Assembly (NCBI GenBank): GCA_013115145.1 | Contig: JAAPAO010000066.1 | Coordinates: 31,354 to 95,353 of the forward strand | Reading direction: 5' to 3' | Source: Perkinsus chesapeaki ATCC PRA-425 | Taxonomy: Eukaryota > Protista > Perkinsozoa | Length of the DNA stretch: 64,000 nt | Part shown: piece by piece, positions 1 to 13,992 of the stretch | How positions within the stretch are numbered: the first letter of the stretch is position 1 | How the letters are laid out: each line of letters opens with the position of its first letter | Notes under the pieces: generated by a model | Told to the model about the DNA's origin: nothing | Databases searched by the model: none | What the model saw: only the letters and a program-made list of their open reading frames with translations | Position numbers and translations under genes: made by a program

Positions 1-2694
1 CAGATGCCAAGTCAGTTAAGCTGCTCGATGACGGATAGTCCTGCATAGCGTGACCTTCGCTTCCGGGAGTCTCCACACTAACAGGATAAGACGCCATGCT
101 GCCATTCAAACGACCCGGGTTCGATTCCTCCCCCTTCCCCTTACGGAGCGTGTATAGTAACCTGTTGGTCAGATGGGATGGACATTGCTATCGAGGAGGA
201 GCTGGTGTCATCAGCGTTCTAACAAAAACATACCGGAGAATCATGTAAATGGCAATGTACCTCCGATGAGCCTTGCAAACGGGAAGCGCTTGTCGAAGTG
301 TGTAGAGAATGTCCGGCAGGTTCGCTCCGTCCAGTTGCTTGACCACTCTTCTGGGCTCCATATTGTTGCTGCTGCTGCTGGACGTACTGGCCATAATGTT
401 GGTCCTGAGCGCAGGTTCAAATCCCAGTACCTCCATCTTTAATACCTGCTGTTGTTGCTGCCTCTGTTGTTGAGCCATCTGTTGCTGTTGCCACTGCTGG
501 GCGGCAAGAGCAGCTGCAGCTTGCTGTTGAACGAACATTGCTTGTTGCTGCTGGGCGGTGTACGATAGGTACCTACCGAAGAAGGACATCAACAAATATT
601 TCTCATTGATATCGGGAAATATAACTATACTAAATAATATAGTATAAATTATAACTCCCTCAGTTCCACCAAGCTAATCTATATTATTAATAATAATGTT
701 GATACAGGTCAATATAGTATTATCCCTTCTTGCGACTTCGATATGTCCGCCAAGGAGGGGAAAAAGCGATCGTTGATTTCATCCTTAGTCATGTCATCAG
801 CGTGTTCCCAAGGCGACAATGAAATTGGATTTTCGTAGTAGGAGTCTTCCTCTATGACTCCCTGGTATCAACGAGCAGCAGGTCTGTGAGCTATAGCAGC
901 TTTCCCTGCCAGAAGGATCATGTTACGGAAGTGTCCCCAAATGGAATGCATTCTGCCACTGGAGTTTCACGAGGAACATCCTAGATCTAGCTCAGCTGCC
1001 ACCTAGCCAGAGCGGTGGCAAAAGGATGATATGATACAGCCAAACCTAAAACCATTACATCTGTTGCATTGCAGCTTGCTGATGAAGTGATCGTGCAGCA
1101 GCCAAACTAAGGTTCTGTAGTTGAGCCTGAACAGTAACAAAAACCTACTGGAATTGAACCCTCTCCTTTCCCCTACCGGTGTTGGTTCGAAGCCTCCAGC
1201 GATCGACGCCACAGCTGCCGTTGCTGCCGTTGCCGCCGCCGCTGCAATGGCCCATTGTTGCTGCTGTTGAGCCGCGTAAGCCTAAATGTGCTTTAGGAAT
1301 GGTAAGACCTCATTGCCTATTACTGCAGGGTCCTGTGTTGGTCTCTGCTGCATAGCAGCCGCCTGAGCCGCGGCAGCGAGCGAACCGGAAAGAACAGTGG
1401 CGAATTGGTTCTGCTGGTACTTCAAAACCTCAGCTGGACTCACAGCTACCTCTGGTGGAGGAGTGAAACTAAATAAAACTATACATAGTCAAGTACAAAG
1501 GATATTTACATATTAGATGCCGGTCCCCGGGATTGAACCTGCGACCTAGGCATACCCTCATTGGAAGGATAAGCCCCCGCAGGCATAGAGGCAGTCTGAT
1601 CGAGGCTTCCTCTGGTGGGCTGCTGCTGCTGCATTTGAGGAGGGGTAGGCACATGTGATACCGGAGGTAGATCTTCCATGTGTTGCAACCCCGGTGGGCT
1701 GCTTGGTCGAGACCCCTCACCAGAATGGATAGACCCATTTTCCCCTTCCTGAGAAATATCTTAATGCACGCGTGCGCAAGGGGACCCTACCTCACTGACA
1801 GGATTCTGCAAAGGTGTGGTACCAGGTGTTATGGAAACGTCTTCAGGTCCAGAAGGCACACCTAAAGCTACTCATCTTTAAGCAATACTAAAATCCGATC
1901 CTACTGGGGCGCTGCAGTTCCGCTTCCCCGTGTGCAAATCGGCACTTGTCACCCATATCGCATTTGCCCTTCTGCCACCAACTGCACAGAACCTACAGCG
2001 ACGACCCTCCTCCTAATACGGCGACTGCTGCTATCTAAGTTCTACAGTCTTAAAGAGGCCTGGAGTGGCCTTGAGATCCTCAGTGGAGTGAGCGAACTGG
2101 CAGTCCTCTGCCTTATACGGACACCTCCCCTCAAGGTTAGCCTGGCACATCTTGGTCTTACGAAGATCTGGTCTAACTTGGATCTGGCTGTAGTCATGAG
2201 CGTATGTACCTGATGATGATGACGGTCCCGATGAAGCCCCCACCCTAGTAGACAGTCTTTACATTTATCACCGTATAGGCAACACCCGCGAAGGAAATGC
2301 TTGCATAGCTTTGTTCGTAAAAACTGCTTCCGAACTCCCGGAGCAACTGCACAATAAATCCATCGTGAGCATCCTTCTGACCAATTGTTGGGCCCTCACC
2401 TGCACTGTCTCCCTTGGGGCCATTGCTTGATGTAGGTGTGACAGCCCTGAAACGAACTAATGTGGCCGATCTTCGTCCCTCATCGGCTTACATTCCATTT
2501 CCTGACACCGATCTAGGATGATGATTATGCTTATTGCCTCCCTTCTGCCCCTCATGGTGTCCCGAATGTCGAGGGTGGTAGGGGGCCTGCAGCTGCTGCT
2601 GAGGCATGCCCCCATCAACATAGGGTACAGTGCCAGTCTCAGCGGCGGTGACCATGGGTCTGTTGGCGGCGCTATTAGTGTCCCAGGTATTCAT
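1..2694 (-). CDS. Triple CCCH zinc-finger RNA-binding protein (TTP/ZFP36-like) with Gln-rich C-terminal region; multi-exon, 3' end runs off the window
   Basis: Spliced reading gives RTKLCKHFLRGCCLYGDKCTYAH, KTKMCQANLEGRCPYKAEDCQFAH and KTVLCSWWQKGKCDMGDKCRFAH; start ATG at 2694 (MNTWDT); many short GT-AG introns. Confidence 0.85.
115..139 (+). other. tRNA 3'-end/B-box relic, antisense in intron 78-144 of the CCCH gene
   Basis: CCGGG TTCGATT CCTCC CCCTTCC C; ends 5 nt from the GTAAGG donor. Confidence 0.55.
380..435 (+). ncRNA. tRNA-like element lacking an anticodon arm, antisense in intron 378-445
   Basis: GGACGTA CT GGCC ATAATGTT GGTC CTGAGC GCAGG TTCAAAT CCCAG TACCTCC A: 6/7-bp acceptor-like stem, 4-bp D-like arm, B-box. 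Confidence 0.5.
1140..1163 (-). other. B-box relic, sense in intron 1127-1176
   Basis: GAGGG TTCAATT CCAGT AGG TTTTT; spacing to the T-run shorter than in other copies. Confidence 0.45.
1518..1542 (-). other. tRNA 3'-end/B-box relic, sense in intron 1469-1555
   Basis: GCAGG TTCAATC CCGGG GACCGGC A. Confidence 0.65.
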
Positions 2695-3104
2695 TTAGTA
2701 CATAAACTATAATAAGGGAAATTCTGAGACGACCGTCAGCAGCATATACACGGTAGAGTCCCCCATGTGAAAATCACCGTCCTCCGGCAACTTCTTCCCC
2801 TCCCCCTTGGTGAGGCAGACTAGTACACAACAATAACACGTATAGCATCACATTGCCGAATAATATACAGCATCCTTGTAGCTCCGCATGGAGTCTTCGA
2901 ATCCTCTGTTCCTCGGCGGCCAGAAAAGCTAAAGAGGGAAAACAAGACAAACATTGGAAGTCATCGCCACGAGCCAAGTAATAAGCTGACAGTCTCTGGA
3001 AGCTGCCCCCCTCCTACTGCCATCGACAAGGAGATGTTGGAATCACACTTTGCCAACCCAACACGGCATGTTCCGATAAAATCGACGGAGCGAAGCGACG
3101 CACG

Positions 3105-5160
3105 ATGGCTGATTTTAGACGAGGGCGTTGCGAGTTACAAAGTGCGCAAGATCTATCAAGCAACTTTGGATCGTTCCGGAAATTCATGCGTGCTAGCATT
3201 CGAAGCCATATCAGTGATGAGCGTGGGGTGAACACGGACGGGCGTGTCCGGAAAGGATATATTCTCGCTCGCCCACATCCGCAGTTTGGAAACGGCCGAG
3301 GAGAACGGCTCAGGGAGCTTTATGAAATGAGAAGTAAACTGATAACTGTGATAACGTCGTTTTTGCCGCTTATTAGACGGTTGGAACAACATTACCAAAA
3401 CAATATTAGCTGAGTATCGTTCTGGTAAATTACCAGGGGTAATGATGCTAGGTATTATTTAGTATCTCAGAGACTGCGTAACAGCAGTATGTTGTGACAA
3501 CATTGTTGTCAACAAAACCGATTCTCTAGATCGCGATAGCATCTTATGTCATCCCCTACTAACAAGCTACTACAGTAGTAGTAACTACAGTAGGTAGTAA
3601 CCAGCACGCTAACAACCCCGAAGGAGATTGGAGATCGACCCCAAGCAGAAATTTAACGCCCGCCCTACCCCCAGTAACCCCAGTAGCTTTCTCTTTTGAC
3701 TGGTCTCCTACGATAGAAGTCATCGGAGTGTCACCGGTCTCAGAGGCCTTCCATTTTTCGACTCTTCTTCAACATTTCTCGGATGATGCACCATGTTTTT
3801 ACGTGACTGCAACGCACAGATAGATTTTTAAGGAATAGAAGAGAACATAAGATATTAGCCTTAGGAGGCCAAAGCTTAGCTCGCACAGAGGGGACAGTGT
3901 ACGAAAGTGACGCACCGGGAATTGAACCTGAGCGTCTTGCAGAGGAATCTTGTGTTCAAATTTTATGGCACAAGTGGCGCTTTCTTCCAAGCACCAAGGT
4001 GCAACCGAAAATCCATATGGTAGAGCCAAACATCTATAGGTCTTGAACACGTTGCCGGCCGTTGTGAAATCTTGGACTTAAAATCCTGGTTTTTCTCAGA
4101 TGATAGTAGGGTGAGTTTTTGCCATATCGGTTCTTGTTATTATGGTTACTGATAGTAACTTACTATCGTACCAACCCCAGCCACGCTGAGGATCTCAGCC
4201 TGAGATGTGGTTTCTTCTTTATTCGAATTACCACCGTCTCCAGTATCATGATCGTTGTTGTTCAAATTGGTATCGGTACAAACAATGTAACAGTTCTTAA
4301 GGGGGAGCATTTCGGCCGGTTCAAAGTAGGGGAGGGGGTCGGGATGCCTACAGACCGTCCAGCAGCTCCCGGTTTCTTAAAAATGATTGAAACGAAATTT
4401 GTTTGACGAATCACGTTTATATGAGTATACCGATTCTATTAATTTCCGCAGGGTGGAAAAATTCATCAATTTTGATCAGCGCAGGGTTTCCGCTATTTTG
4501 GCAGGCTAGCGTACTAGCCACAAGGTGTTGTGTTTGTGTACCCGAATTGGTTTCCTCTTTTTGTGTAATTTCACTCTCATCGTTTCCTGTACAAAGGATC
4601 ATTTTCACAACTCGCACACACTGTGTACGCTATTGCGCAGGCATCTCGCCTGGTTCAGTGAGACCAGCACTGCTGGTCCAGCAGTGAAAGAGACACGGTG
4701 TCTCAGACACCTACGTTAGCGTGAAGGTGCGAAGTGTCGTCGTAGCAATCCTACGACCAACTGTCGGTGACAGCTTTGACGAGACGGGAAGAGCCACTTC
4801 GTACGTGAGATAAATGTCGTGCGCGATAACAACGGAGATGAACCGGGTTCATTGAACCCGCATTGCGTGCTCTGCAGCCATGCGCACAATGAAAAGCGCG
4901 AATTGTGCGAGGTGCGATACTTTTACTGCACTTGACTCATTGGGAGAAATTGCGCGCACTGCGTGAAATGCGAAGTGCGTTACGTGAAATACGCTACACG
5001 TGCAAAACACAGTCTTCTCTGCGCGCTAATACACGTGCAAAAGTACGCAAAAGCAGGCATTAGTGCTAGACTCATGGAATAATGTGTAGCAAAAAACTAT
5101 CGTCGCAACCGGGAATCGAACTCACGACCCTCTGCAGATCGAAAAGGACAGCAGGTAATG
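3105..5160 (+). CDS. Possible multi-exon hypothetical gene
   Basis: ORF 3105-3413 followed by a GT donor; frame-consistent mini-intron 3899-3942 and acceptor at about 5137; no recognisable domain. Confidence 0.25.
3907..3931 (-). other. tRNA 3'-end/B-box relic, antisense in putative + strand intron 3899-3942
   Basis: TCAGG TTCAATT CCCGG TGCGTCA C TTT. Confidence 0.6.
5101..5125 (-). other. tRNA 3'-end/B-box relic, antisense in a putative + strand intron ending at 5137
   Basis: GAGGGTC GTGAG TTCGATT CCCGG TTGCGAC G ATAG TTTTTT; retains a tRNA-like variable loop. Confidence 0.65.
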
Positions 5161-5899
5161 GAGGAGAAATAGACTCTAGGCTCTAGAGTAAATTCGAGTT
5201 CTCAGGTCATCCTGCGCTGGAGACTGTGTATAAAAGTTGATCATATATCACATAATACTATTTATATTCGACATTGGCGTCACTGCGAGTCCCATGATTG
5301 GGTGATTACGTATTATATTTCATAACCATGTTGTGTATCAGTCATACAGTATCGCCGCGCAGGATAGCAATACTTCCAGCCTGCCGCCAATAACTGCGAT
5401 TATTCAGCTCAAGGAGCCATTGACAAGGGCTATATTAGTGTATATAGAGGTAGCGATATACCCTGGGACACCACACCCACTTTCGTTAATTGGCAAACGC
5501 AAAACTCTACATCGGAATTCGCTCCATTTCCATGCTACAAAAAGGTGCAAGATGAAAGTAGTAGCTCTCGAGTCGAGAGCATGACAGTGATGATAACGTT
5601 CTAACATTTACATCATCGGAGTTGAGAAATAGAATTTCTGTGGCGATCTAAACAAGCCGTGAGCCTGAGAAAAACATATCTTTTTACGCTCAGTGCGGGA
5701 CTTCAATATCCACGGCAGCCTCACCTCCCAATGAGAAGCGAGTAGATGGCATGGTTGTTGGAATGCGCTGCCAATATCAGTGGCGACTCGCCTCGGCGGT
5801 TACGCACAGAAGGATTAGCACCATACTGATAAGTAACAAGAATTTAGTAATTCCTAATACGAGCACCGTAGCTTTTGGGCTCCTACTACTCGAGCTACT

Positions 5900-6530
5900 G
5901 TCTCAAGCCTGCGGTTGGGATTACCCCGAGAAGCAATCGAACCATTTGAAGATCTCCTCTCCGTACGGCCTGCATCAAAGGTGTATCGCCATCGGAGGGG
6001 CGTACCGCATTGACCTGCAAGCAAGCCCACTTTGAGGCAGCTCGACGGTGGCAAATGAATCACTTACGTCGGCTCCGGCTTCCAAAAGCAAAAGAGATAC
6101 CTGCGGTTGATTCGACTCGAGCAAAAAGCTCGCAGTAGGTGGCCCACTGGCTCCCTCTGGATTTGGTCGGCAGCCAAGTTTCTGACCAAGATTGGTGTCA
6201 AGACACTGTCGAGTCGACAGTATGCACTTCCAATACAGCGAAGTGAACTAGAAATCACAGTTTCGCGTCTCACATACCGCGGTTGTTTGAGAATATTATC
6301 TAAACGCTTCCGGAATGACAGTTTCACTGACAGCCTATCATTTCCCGAGCTCCGGGAAAGTAGTACAGGTTTGCCTACGACCTACCAATAGCTTAGATAC
6401 ACGCTGGTGATCACCGGCTCGAACTGCACGCAGTAGTTCCATCTCAAGCTCTCTGAGTACTCCCGGCGATGGAAGAGGAGTCTTCAGTGTGGAGTTGAAG
6501 TTGAGCAGCTCAGACTTTGCCGTCATCGGC
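5900..6530 (-). CDS. Ankyrin-repeat protein (partial model, ends undefined)
   Basis: Exon translations LLRAVRAGDHQRVSKLL, LLLEAGAD|VNAVRPSDGDTPLMQAVRRGDLQMVRLLL match the ankyrin consensus. Confidence 0.65.
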
Positions 6531-9137
6531 GTCGTACCAGACTCAAACAGCTCAGCCGATACACCTCGTGTATTGTGCCCTGATCATTCGCACCCGTTCA
6601 GCTTCCATGATTATCGTATCTACTCATTACTCAAAACTAGCTTGTCCGATGGACTGCAATTGACCTCTGGCATGCTCGAGTGTCGCTCGACTCGCCCGCC
6701 ACCATGGGGGAGCCTAACTGCCATCTTGGGTGTCGAGCACGACCCTGATAAGTAGGCAGCGTCATGGTGCTTCATGTAAGGTATCGTATGGGTCGAATAG
6801 TCAAATGGAATGCCATAAAACTCGAGCCTATCACTGCGACATAGTAGGGAGGAACTATATGGCTATATCTAAGTTTCTAAGTTTCAACTGGTCTAAGTCT
6901 TATGTTGATAACCACATCGTACCTAATATAGGTAGCCTACCCGGATCAGATCCAGTAGTTCTCGTGAAAGGGCCAGTTGAGTCTGCCAAACTGTCATCAT
7001 CATCATCCTCTGCAGATCTGATAGCCTCCCTATACGCTGTATGCAAGCCAGACTAAGAACGATATAGCGGTTCATATTAAAATATTGATATATACTGATA
7101 TAATGATACTATTATTCGCAGATGTTAGTCTCGCATCGGCTAACCAAGATAATTCTCTCCTGGCCCAGGTGTTCTAGGTAATAGTAACCCAGATTTAGTC
7201 CTACAATTGCCTCTCAGAGCCGGTGATCAAATACTCTAAGTTAGGGTTAGAGAGTCTAACTCATTGCAGAAATAGGCCGCAATCTCTGGAGATCTATTCA
7301 AGACCTTACTCGCCGACATACACACATAGTCCAATAGCGACCCCCTCCTCACTTTATCCTCTCCAGTAGCTCTCATAGTGTTAATTTTCCTTCTAGTCAC
7401 CTTCCCGCGTGCCGTTGAAGACGTCGACAATGAGCTCCAAGGTGACCGAAAGCACGATCCGCAGCCCGGCGTGATATTAACGCTGTATTCGTTGGCTGCC
7501 TGCCCAATGTGAGTCCCTTGCGATGATGAAGTCATGATTGAATAATTGAGCCTTCTGCAAGCGACATAGTACTCAAATTTTCGGAATAAGTCTATCCCAA
7601 ATTCGAACCCGCTACCGGACCGGTACCGGCTATCTTCCGCGGATTCGCCGAATCGGCTTGCGTAACCATGCCAAGTATTTACAAGCCCTCTGCATTCGAT
7701 AGACACATCCTACTACTATTGTTTGAGGCTGCACTATAACAGTATTAAAGTATATTTGACCATAAGCTATATATCTCCCAAAAGCAACACTAGTAGCAAC
7801 TCCGATGAGGGAATGTTCTAGCCTCTGGGACAGTAGCTACTCCTAACACGGTAATGCAATGGAAGTTCGCCGAAACCGAAGGGAAACATTGCACACATTC
7901 CTCCGAGGAAGACTTGAATCAAGTCACTTGACGTTCTTTTATATGTCTCCTCGACCCATCCCAACTAGTCCCCTCTCTCATTAACATCACTCCAACATAA
8001 TACTACCCTGCGTCCATCGACAAGCCTGCTAGCAGCAGCATCATCATCATGCCACCCACATGCCTGGATCATAATTTCCTTCCATCTCAGCAGCCTCTCT
8101 GGCCTTCCTTTCCCTTTCCTTTTCCTCCTCAGCTTTAACAAACCTCGAATACTAAAGTACAAAAGCAATCCGATAATTCAACCGACCATATGAGGTTTAC
8201 TCTGCCGTAAAGGACGAAGCTGGAGCCTCCGAGCATCAGCGTGGCGAAGACTGCTAGGTAATAGCAGATACTCAACCTGAAGGAACGCCCATCGAGCTCC
8301 TCATACGGTACAGAACCAGATATGCATAGGGTTATCAGGTCTGCAGAGCTACTACTCCGGTGTGATAATACCAACTTTTTCTGAACCTACCACTCCATCC
8401 GACCTACTGGCTGCTACATTACACAAATATGCGATAATGCAATACAGTGATTTAACCTCCGTTTGATCTACTATAGACTGGAACCCATACGTTAACTACT
8501 CATAAATCACTTAAAGGGAAACTATTGTTAGCAAACGCTTAGAGATTCCTAATGCAACTGCACCACACTCAACTTCACTAACTCGCACTGTAAAAAGGGG
8601 ATGTTGGAAAACGAATCAGCAAGAGCAAAAATCAACTCGCTATCGGCGGCGTAAAAAATATTATTTGATCAACCGCAAAAATATGATGGAACATTCCAAT
8701 TTTATCTTTCATTTAAATGGGCTTGACTTCTCCCATCGAGGCGCGGATTGCCGAGGAAACCCAAGCGTCAGCGGATTACAACAGACTAATGCTGTACCAT
8801 TCCCCCAGAATGGGTATTACGTGGGAGAGGGATAGTATCCATATTGGTTGAACTTCTTGTACATCACTACCGAGTAGAGACCGTAGGTAGCAACACCAAA
8901 CGCAGCTGCTACACCACCAGAGGCGCACATAGTGAAATAAAGAAAACGATCCTTTTTACGCCTGAGAAGGACAAGAACGCTGCTGGCGTGACGGAGACAT
9001 TTATCTTAAGAAATAGGATCCTCCGGAAAGTGAAATGCAGAGGGTTTCATGAAGATGACGTAGCGCTGTGAAGCTTTTCGATGGTGCCTCAGCTTAAGCC
9101 TTGCGTCAGTTGTCAAGATAGAGGAATAAGCCTACCG

Positions 9138-9453
9138 CTCACTAGTAAGGATAGGCTTATCTCTCACTAGTAAGGATAGGCTTATCTCTCACTAGTAAGG
9201 ATAGGCTTATCTCTCACTAGTAAGGATAGGCTTATCTCTCACTAGTAAGGATAGGCTTATCTCTCACTAGTAAGGATAGGCTANNNNNNNNNNNNNNNNN
9301 NNNNNNNNNNNNNNNNNNNNNNNNNNNNNNNNNNNNNNNNNNNNNNNNNNNNNNNNNNNNNNNNNNNNNNNNNNNNNNNNCGCTTATCTCTCACTAGTAA
9401 GGATAGGCTTATCTCTCACTAGTAAGGATAGGCTTATCTCTCACTAGTAAGGA
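9138..9453. repeat. 25-bp tandem repeat (CTCACTAGTAAGGATAGGCTTATCT) interrupted by an N gap
   Basis: Identical head-to-tail copies on both sides of the gap; no spacers. Confidence 0.95.
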
Positions 9454-12400
9454 TTATCCCTCACTTAAAGTGTCCCTTATTACTCTTTTATTATCAAAGG
9501 CATTATTGATGCTATCAATGATGTAAGTGGCCCCAGGACAATCAGCGCCGCTATCAGAAAATTAAGGTAAAAGAATATCCTATAGAATCGGCATCTGAAA
9601 TGACCATCATTAAGAGCACCGATACAATATCACAGTACCTTAAATTTAGCTGATAAACACAAAGCGGGGGACAGTCTGAGCCAGTCGCGGTAGAGAGAAG
9701 GCTTCCTACCGATTGCTTGGGTAGACCTGCCAACCATAGAGCGTTTCCGTCGGGCATGACGGCACACCTTGCTTTGCCATGGCAATGTCACAGGTGTTGC
9801 TTTGAATCTGTTTCCAAGTTAAATCGGCCGCTATTCTAAGAACTGGGGTGTATTTGCCGGAGGCTTTAAAAAGGCCGATATTCCTGAAAATGCTGGGGTC
9901 CCTCGAGATTTCAAAATTGGATGCATACCTTTCGGGGAACTTAAGGACAGATATCATCGGATTGTATTGCCAATACGGAATGAAGACTAAGCACGCCATA
10001 AGACATAGACCTGATATATCGATAAAAGATTCAAAATAGGTCAAGTTGCCTACTCAGGAAGTTTATGATGAGAGCGAGATTTACCGCTCCATCATCCTTG
10101 TGTTTGGACTTCTTGCCCATTTACAATAATAGCTACAAAGATTCCACCATCTCATCGATTCGACTTTCCCTCGACCATCCTGCGCCGTCCCTAAGCCCAC
10201 CTTACAACTTCTTACCTTTCCTCAACGCTCATACATATATCGCACGCCCTAATGCCTCACGCATTCGGTCACATGTCACACGAATGTGTGAATCCGAACA
10301 ATCTCGCCAGTTTGATCTTACAAGATCGTATCCAATCCTCCTCGCAGCTGGGTCTCCTCAAAAGAGACGGCTCATTTTGTCAGTAGAATGAGCAGTTCCG
10401 TATCACACGAGTTTTGACCATCGGTCTTTTCTCTGCGGTGGATAGGCCCATACCTCCTTTCTGTTTTGAAGGCGTACTGTTTCTAAAACTTTGACAGTTA
10501 TACTTCAATTTTCAATGTTGAATTTTCTTCATAATAGCACGGCAAGTAATGGGAACCTTGACCGTAGTCAGCTCACTATGGTAAATGATGGTTCAAGTCA
10601 ATGTTCATGTTGTTGTGCCTGGTAGGTACCAGAGGACCTTCCGTCCATATCGTTCCGACATACCTTCGTTTTGATAGGGCGTGCCACTGTGTACTGCGAA
10701 TTCGTTAAAATGGTGTGTAAAAGCAAAGCAGCGCGTTTCGCAATGTGCCAAAAAAGCCAGTATTCTATACGAGCCAATAATTCCGCCTGTGGTTCGAGTC
10801 GGTCGGACGTAAGCCAGGTGTCGTCCAGTAGCAGTCTTAATTTGGCCGCGCGACGTAGCGCAGCTAAACGTCAGCAGCCTGTCAGACGGACGAGTGATTC
10901 GTCGTTCAAGTAGGCAAAGGTTTGTGAGAGTGTTGAGGGTTGCTTCGACAGAATATCCACCCATGAAGGCGTATAGTTAATGTATAACGCGATACTTGTA
11001 ATATCTATGGCAAACTGATGCAATGCTGAGCTTCATGTTTAGCAGTTCTAGAGTCGATTTAAGAACATTTGCAATCGTGATGAGATCATCGTGGAACTTT
11101 AGATGATTTCAAATTATTGCTTGACAGACTCTCGTTAAACTAAACATGTGGTACTCCTCATTTTGAGTTTCGCGAATCCTGGCAGTTTCAAGCTTCAAGA
11201 ATCTTTCCGTTTCAGATGCTACTGCCAGATAGAAACTGCCAATATCCAGCGCTCGGCTTCCCGTGGTGGTTCTCAGCTATTATCAATCCAGCGATCAGCA
11301 TCTAACCTATCCCCTGAAGCTCGCTGTACGGCCTCTAACCATTCGACGCCTGTTTGCCGTTCGATATCGAATTCAATTTCCAGACAGCGTTTGACCGGCA
11401 ATGTCCTTATCAGCCGAGTTTGCTTCGAAAATGTAGGACAACTGCTACAAATTATTATTGTATGTCTTCCTCTGCCAGGTATCCTACAAATACTCATCCT
11501 ACATCCCCCGGCTCAGCTGCTCCAATGCGGTGCTCAATACAGCATTCCTCTTCCTTCTACCGTTGGACCCGCCCTCCAGTAAAGAAACCGTCGTGGCAGG
11601 TTCTTGCGCTAACTGTTTTAATATGTTCACTATCACCGATTCGTCCCGACAGACGCGTTCCGATCTCCTGGTAAGTTGACCTCGCTCGCCCCCTTCAGCT
11701 TCTTCTGCTGTTTTGATCCCTTCGCGCCACGTGCTTCCGAAATCGCTTTGTTCCTTTTCATTTAAGAATACCCTCATGCTTTCAGAAGGAAGATATCAAC
11801 ATGCTCGATCTCCGGTTGCGGCAATGCCAAAGGATGATCCAGAGTTGGGGTAAACGTTACGGTGAACCCTTGGTGACGCTGGTTGTTCTGTCTGATGACT
11901 ACTCTGGTCGTAAGCCCTCTTATGGTCGACAAGAAGCTCGAGCAGCAGTCGAGGGTTTATGGAAGAAGTGGGGCCCTAGCGGTGAAGGCGTCCTTAGCGA
12001 GAGGTTCGACTATGAGTGGGATGGCGACCGATTGCACACTCTGGTCACCAACTTGTCCGAGATGCTCACGCAAAACTGGCGGACTAATAGTGTCAAGTCC
12101 CATTAGTGTCGCCTTCGTCACCTACTAGCTTGAGACTAGTCAAGGTGTTTGGATAGCTGTCAATTCTGTTGTTCAACCTGCACCATTGGTTTGACCATTC
12201 TTATGGCGTTTCCGCCAAGTGACGTGTGTAGGCGTTTTAGTCATTAACTGTAACACAACATGATTGTCTCCTCGTTAGAGCTCATGCCTTCGCCGTGCGC
12301 TATGATCACATTTAATAAAAGCCCTTCGTCGTTCAGCATCGACTTCTCCCGGTTCCAGAGGGCGATCGGCGTAGATGTCCTGGTAGCAGATGGGGGAGAT

Positions 12401-13992
12401 ACACCTGTCAATGGCGAGGAGAAAGGGAATGTTTTGTGTGAATGTTAAAGCACCTGTCAATGCAAGCCTCCATGTGATCGTTGTTGTTGAGGTTACGACA
12501 CTCTGGTGAGCGAGAGCAGCGAGAGCGTCGTTGTGTCCAACTTCGGGATAGAACGCAGCATGGTGTGATGAGGAGGAATATTAAGAGGTGTTGGAATAAT
12601 ACGAACATTAGGACAACTGAGTGACAGAGGGAGGAGGAGACTTGTTGCAATCAATAATCTGATAAATGGATGGAATGAAAAGGTCATCTTTTATGGGATA
12701 ATGAACGATGAATATTTGAATCTGATTAAGATGGTTTGAAGTTACATCCGACGGTGACTGTTCCCACGTAGATGGTTTAATTGACAACGAAAGAGAGCAA
12801 GGGTCAACCAATAGAAATGGCAAAGTGCAAAAAAGTCAGAGGTTGACGGTAGTGTGACGAATAAGACAATTGGAAGTGCATTGCCGCATCAAGAAGCCTC
12901 GAGCTCCTCCGAAGTCATAGCTCTGCTCTCGATTATTGGTGTGAGCGTCCCATTAGTAAACGGTGATGAGGCTTTGTTGCTGCCTGGGTGGCGTTTCTTC
13001 GCCTTGGGAGTTGGCTTGGAAGTGCCACCGTAAATCCTGAGAGTACCAGAATGCAGAAGGTATTGCTCATCGAAGATTCTCACCATTCAAGCTTATCCAG
13101 TCCATGGTTTAAACCGGTCCGACGTTCTTGACGGCGGAGTCCGCAAAAAGATAACAACTTCAACCATCGTTCGTTGAACGATTCACCGTGTCCAACTTTC
13201 CGGTCAGAGATTTTCCGCTCTGAAGAATGAATCGAGTTGTGAGCATTAGTACCCGAAGACGACTCACCGCCTTGCTGGAGGCATCCCATACAAGGGTGGA
13301 TACAACGGGAGGGAAAACAATAATAGCCGGATGGCAGTACGTCACGTTCTTGCTCTCTTACCAATCTTGCTTTTCCTCAACTATGTGGACGCGTGCAACT
13401 TTCTGTCACCTTTGGTCCTTTGCCGACTGCTGGAGGGTACATGTCACATACTTCTCGCTGCGTGGTATATAATAACGAATCGATATATCAACAATGTTGT
13501 TATATACACACTCGACTTCTCCATTAACTCACAAGCTTGGGAAATCACAAGAACTGCTTTGGGGAAGAACTCGGCGGTGTAGCATCGAACAGCAGCCGAA
13601 TCTTTCGATTAAATTTGATAAGTGAACGTTTACCATAGCCAACGCGTCATCGAGGTTATATTGTGCTGGGAAGCCTTTTCCTAGGGTGTATCCCACTGCA
13701 CTTTGACACCTTACGTTGCCGCTTGCTTGATTGTGAATGAGAAGGAGCATGCCATATTAAAGATTATCGCGAAGGCTTCCGATTGCTATAGGTTCCATCA
13801 TCGAGCTCAGGATGCAGAGACATTCAATATTCTGCACTCCAACACAACCGGCTTCCCCGGAGACGCCATTTCACAGCACAGCAATTGTCCCCAGTGCTAA
13901 GATGCCTGTCTAGCGCCGATTAATCTGTGGAGCCACTTGACAGGTGTTCATGTACACTGTTTGTTAGTAATTGTTTTATTTAATTTACCAAT

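Noticed and set aside
1181-1200. GGTTCGAAGCC B-box match
   Set aside because: Lies in an inferred exon of the CCCH gene (GGFEPTP); counted as a chance match
4720-5045. GTGCG-rich stretch with two TACACGTGCAAAA copies
   Set aside because: Only two copies and no adjacent gene start located; cannot support a promoter call
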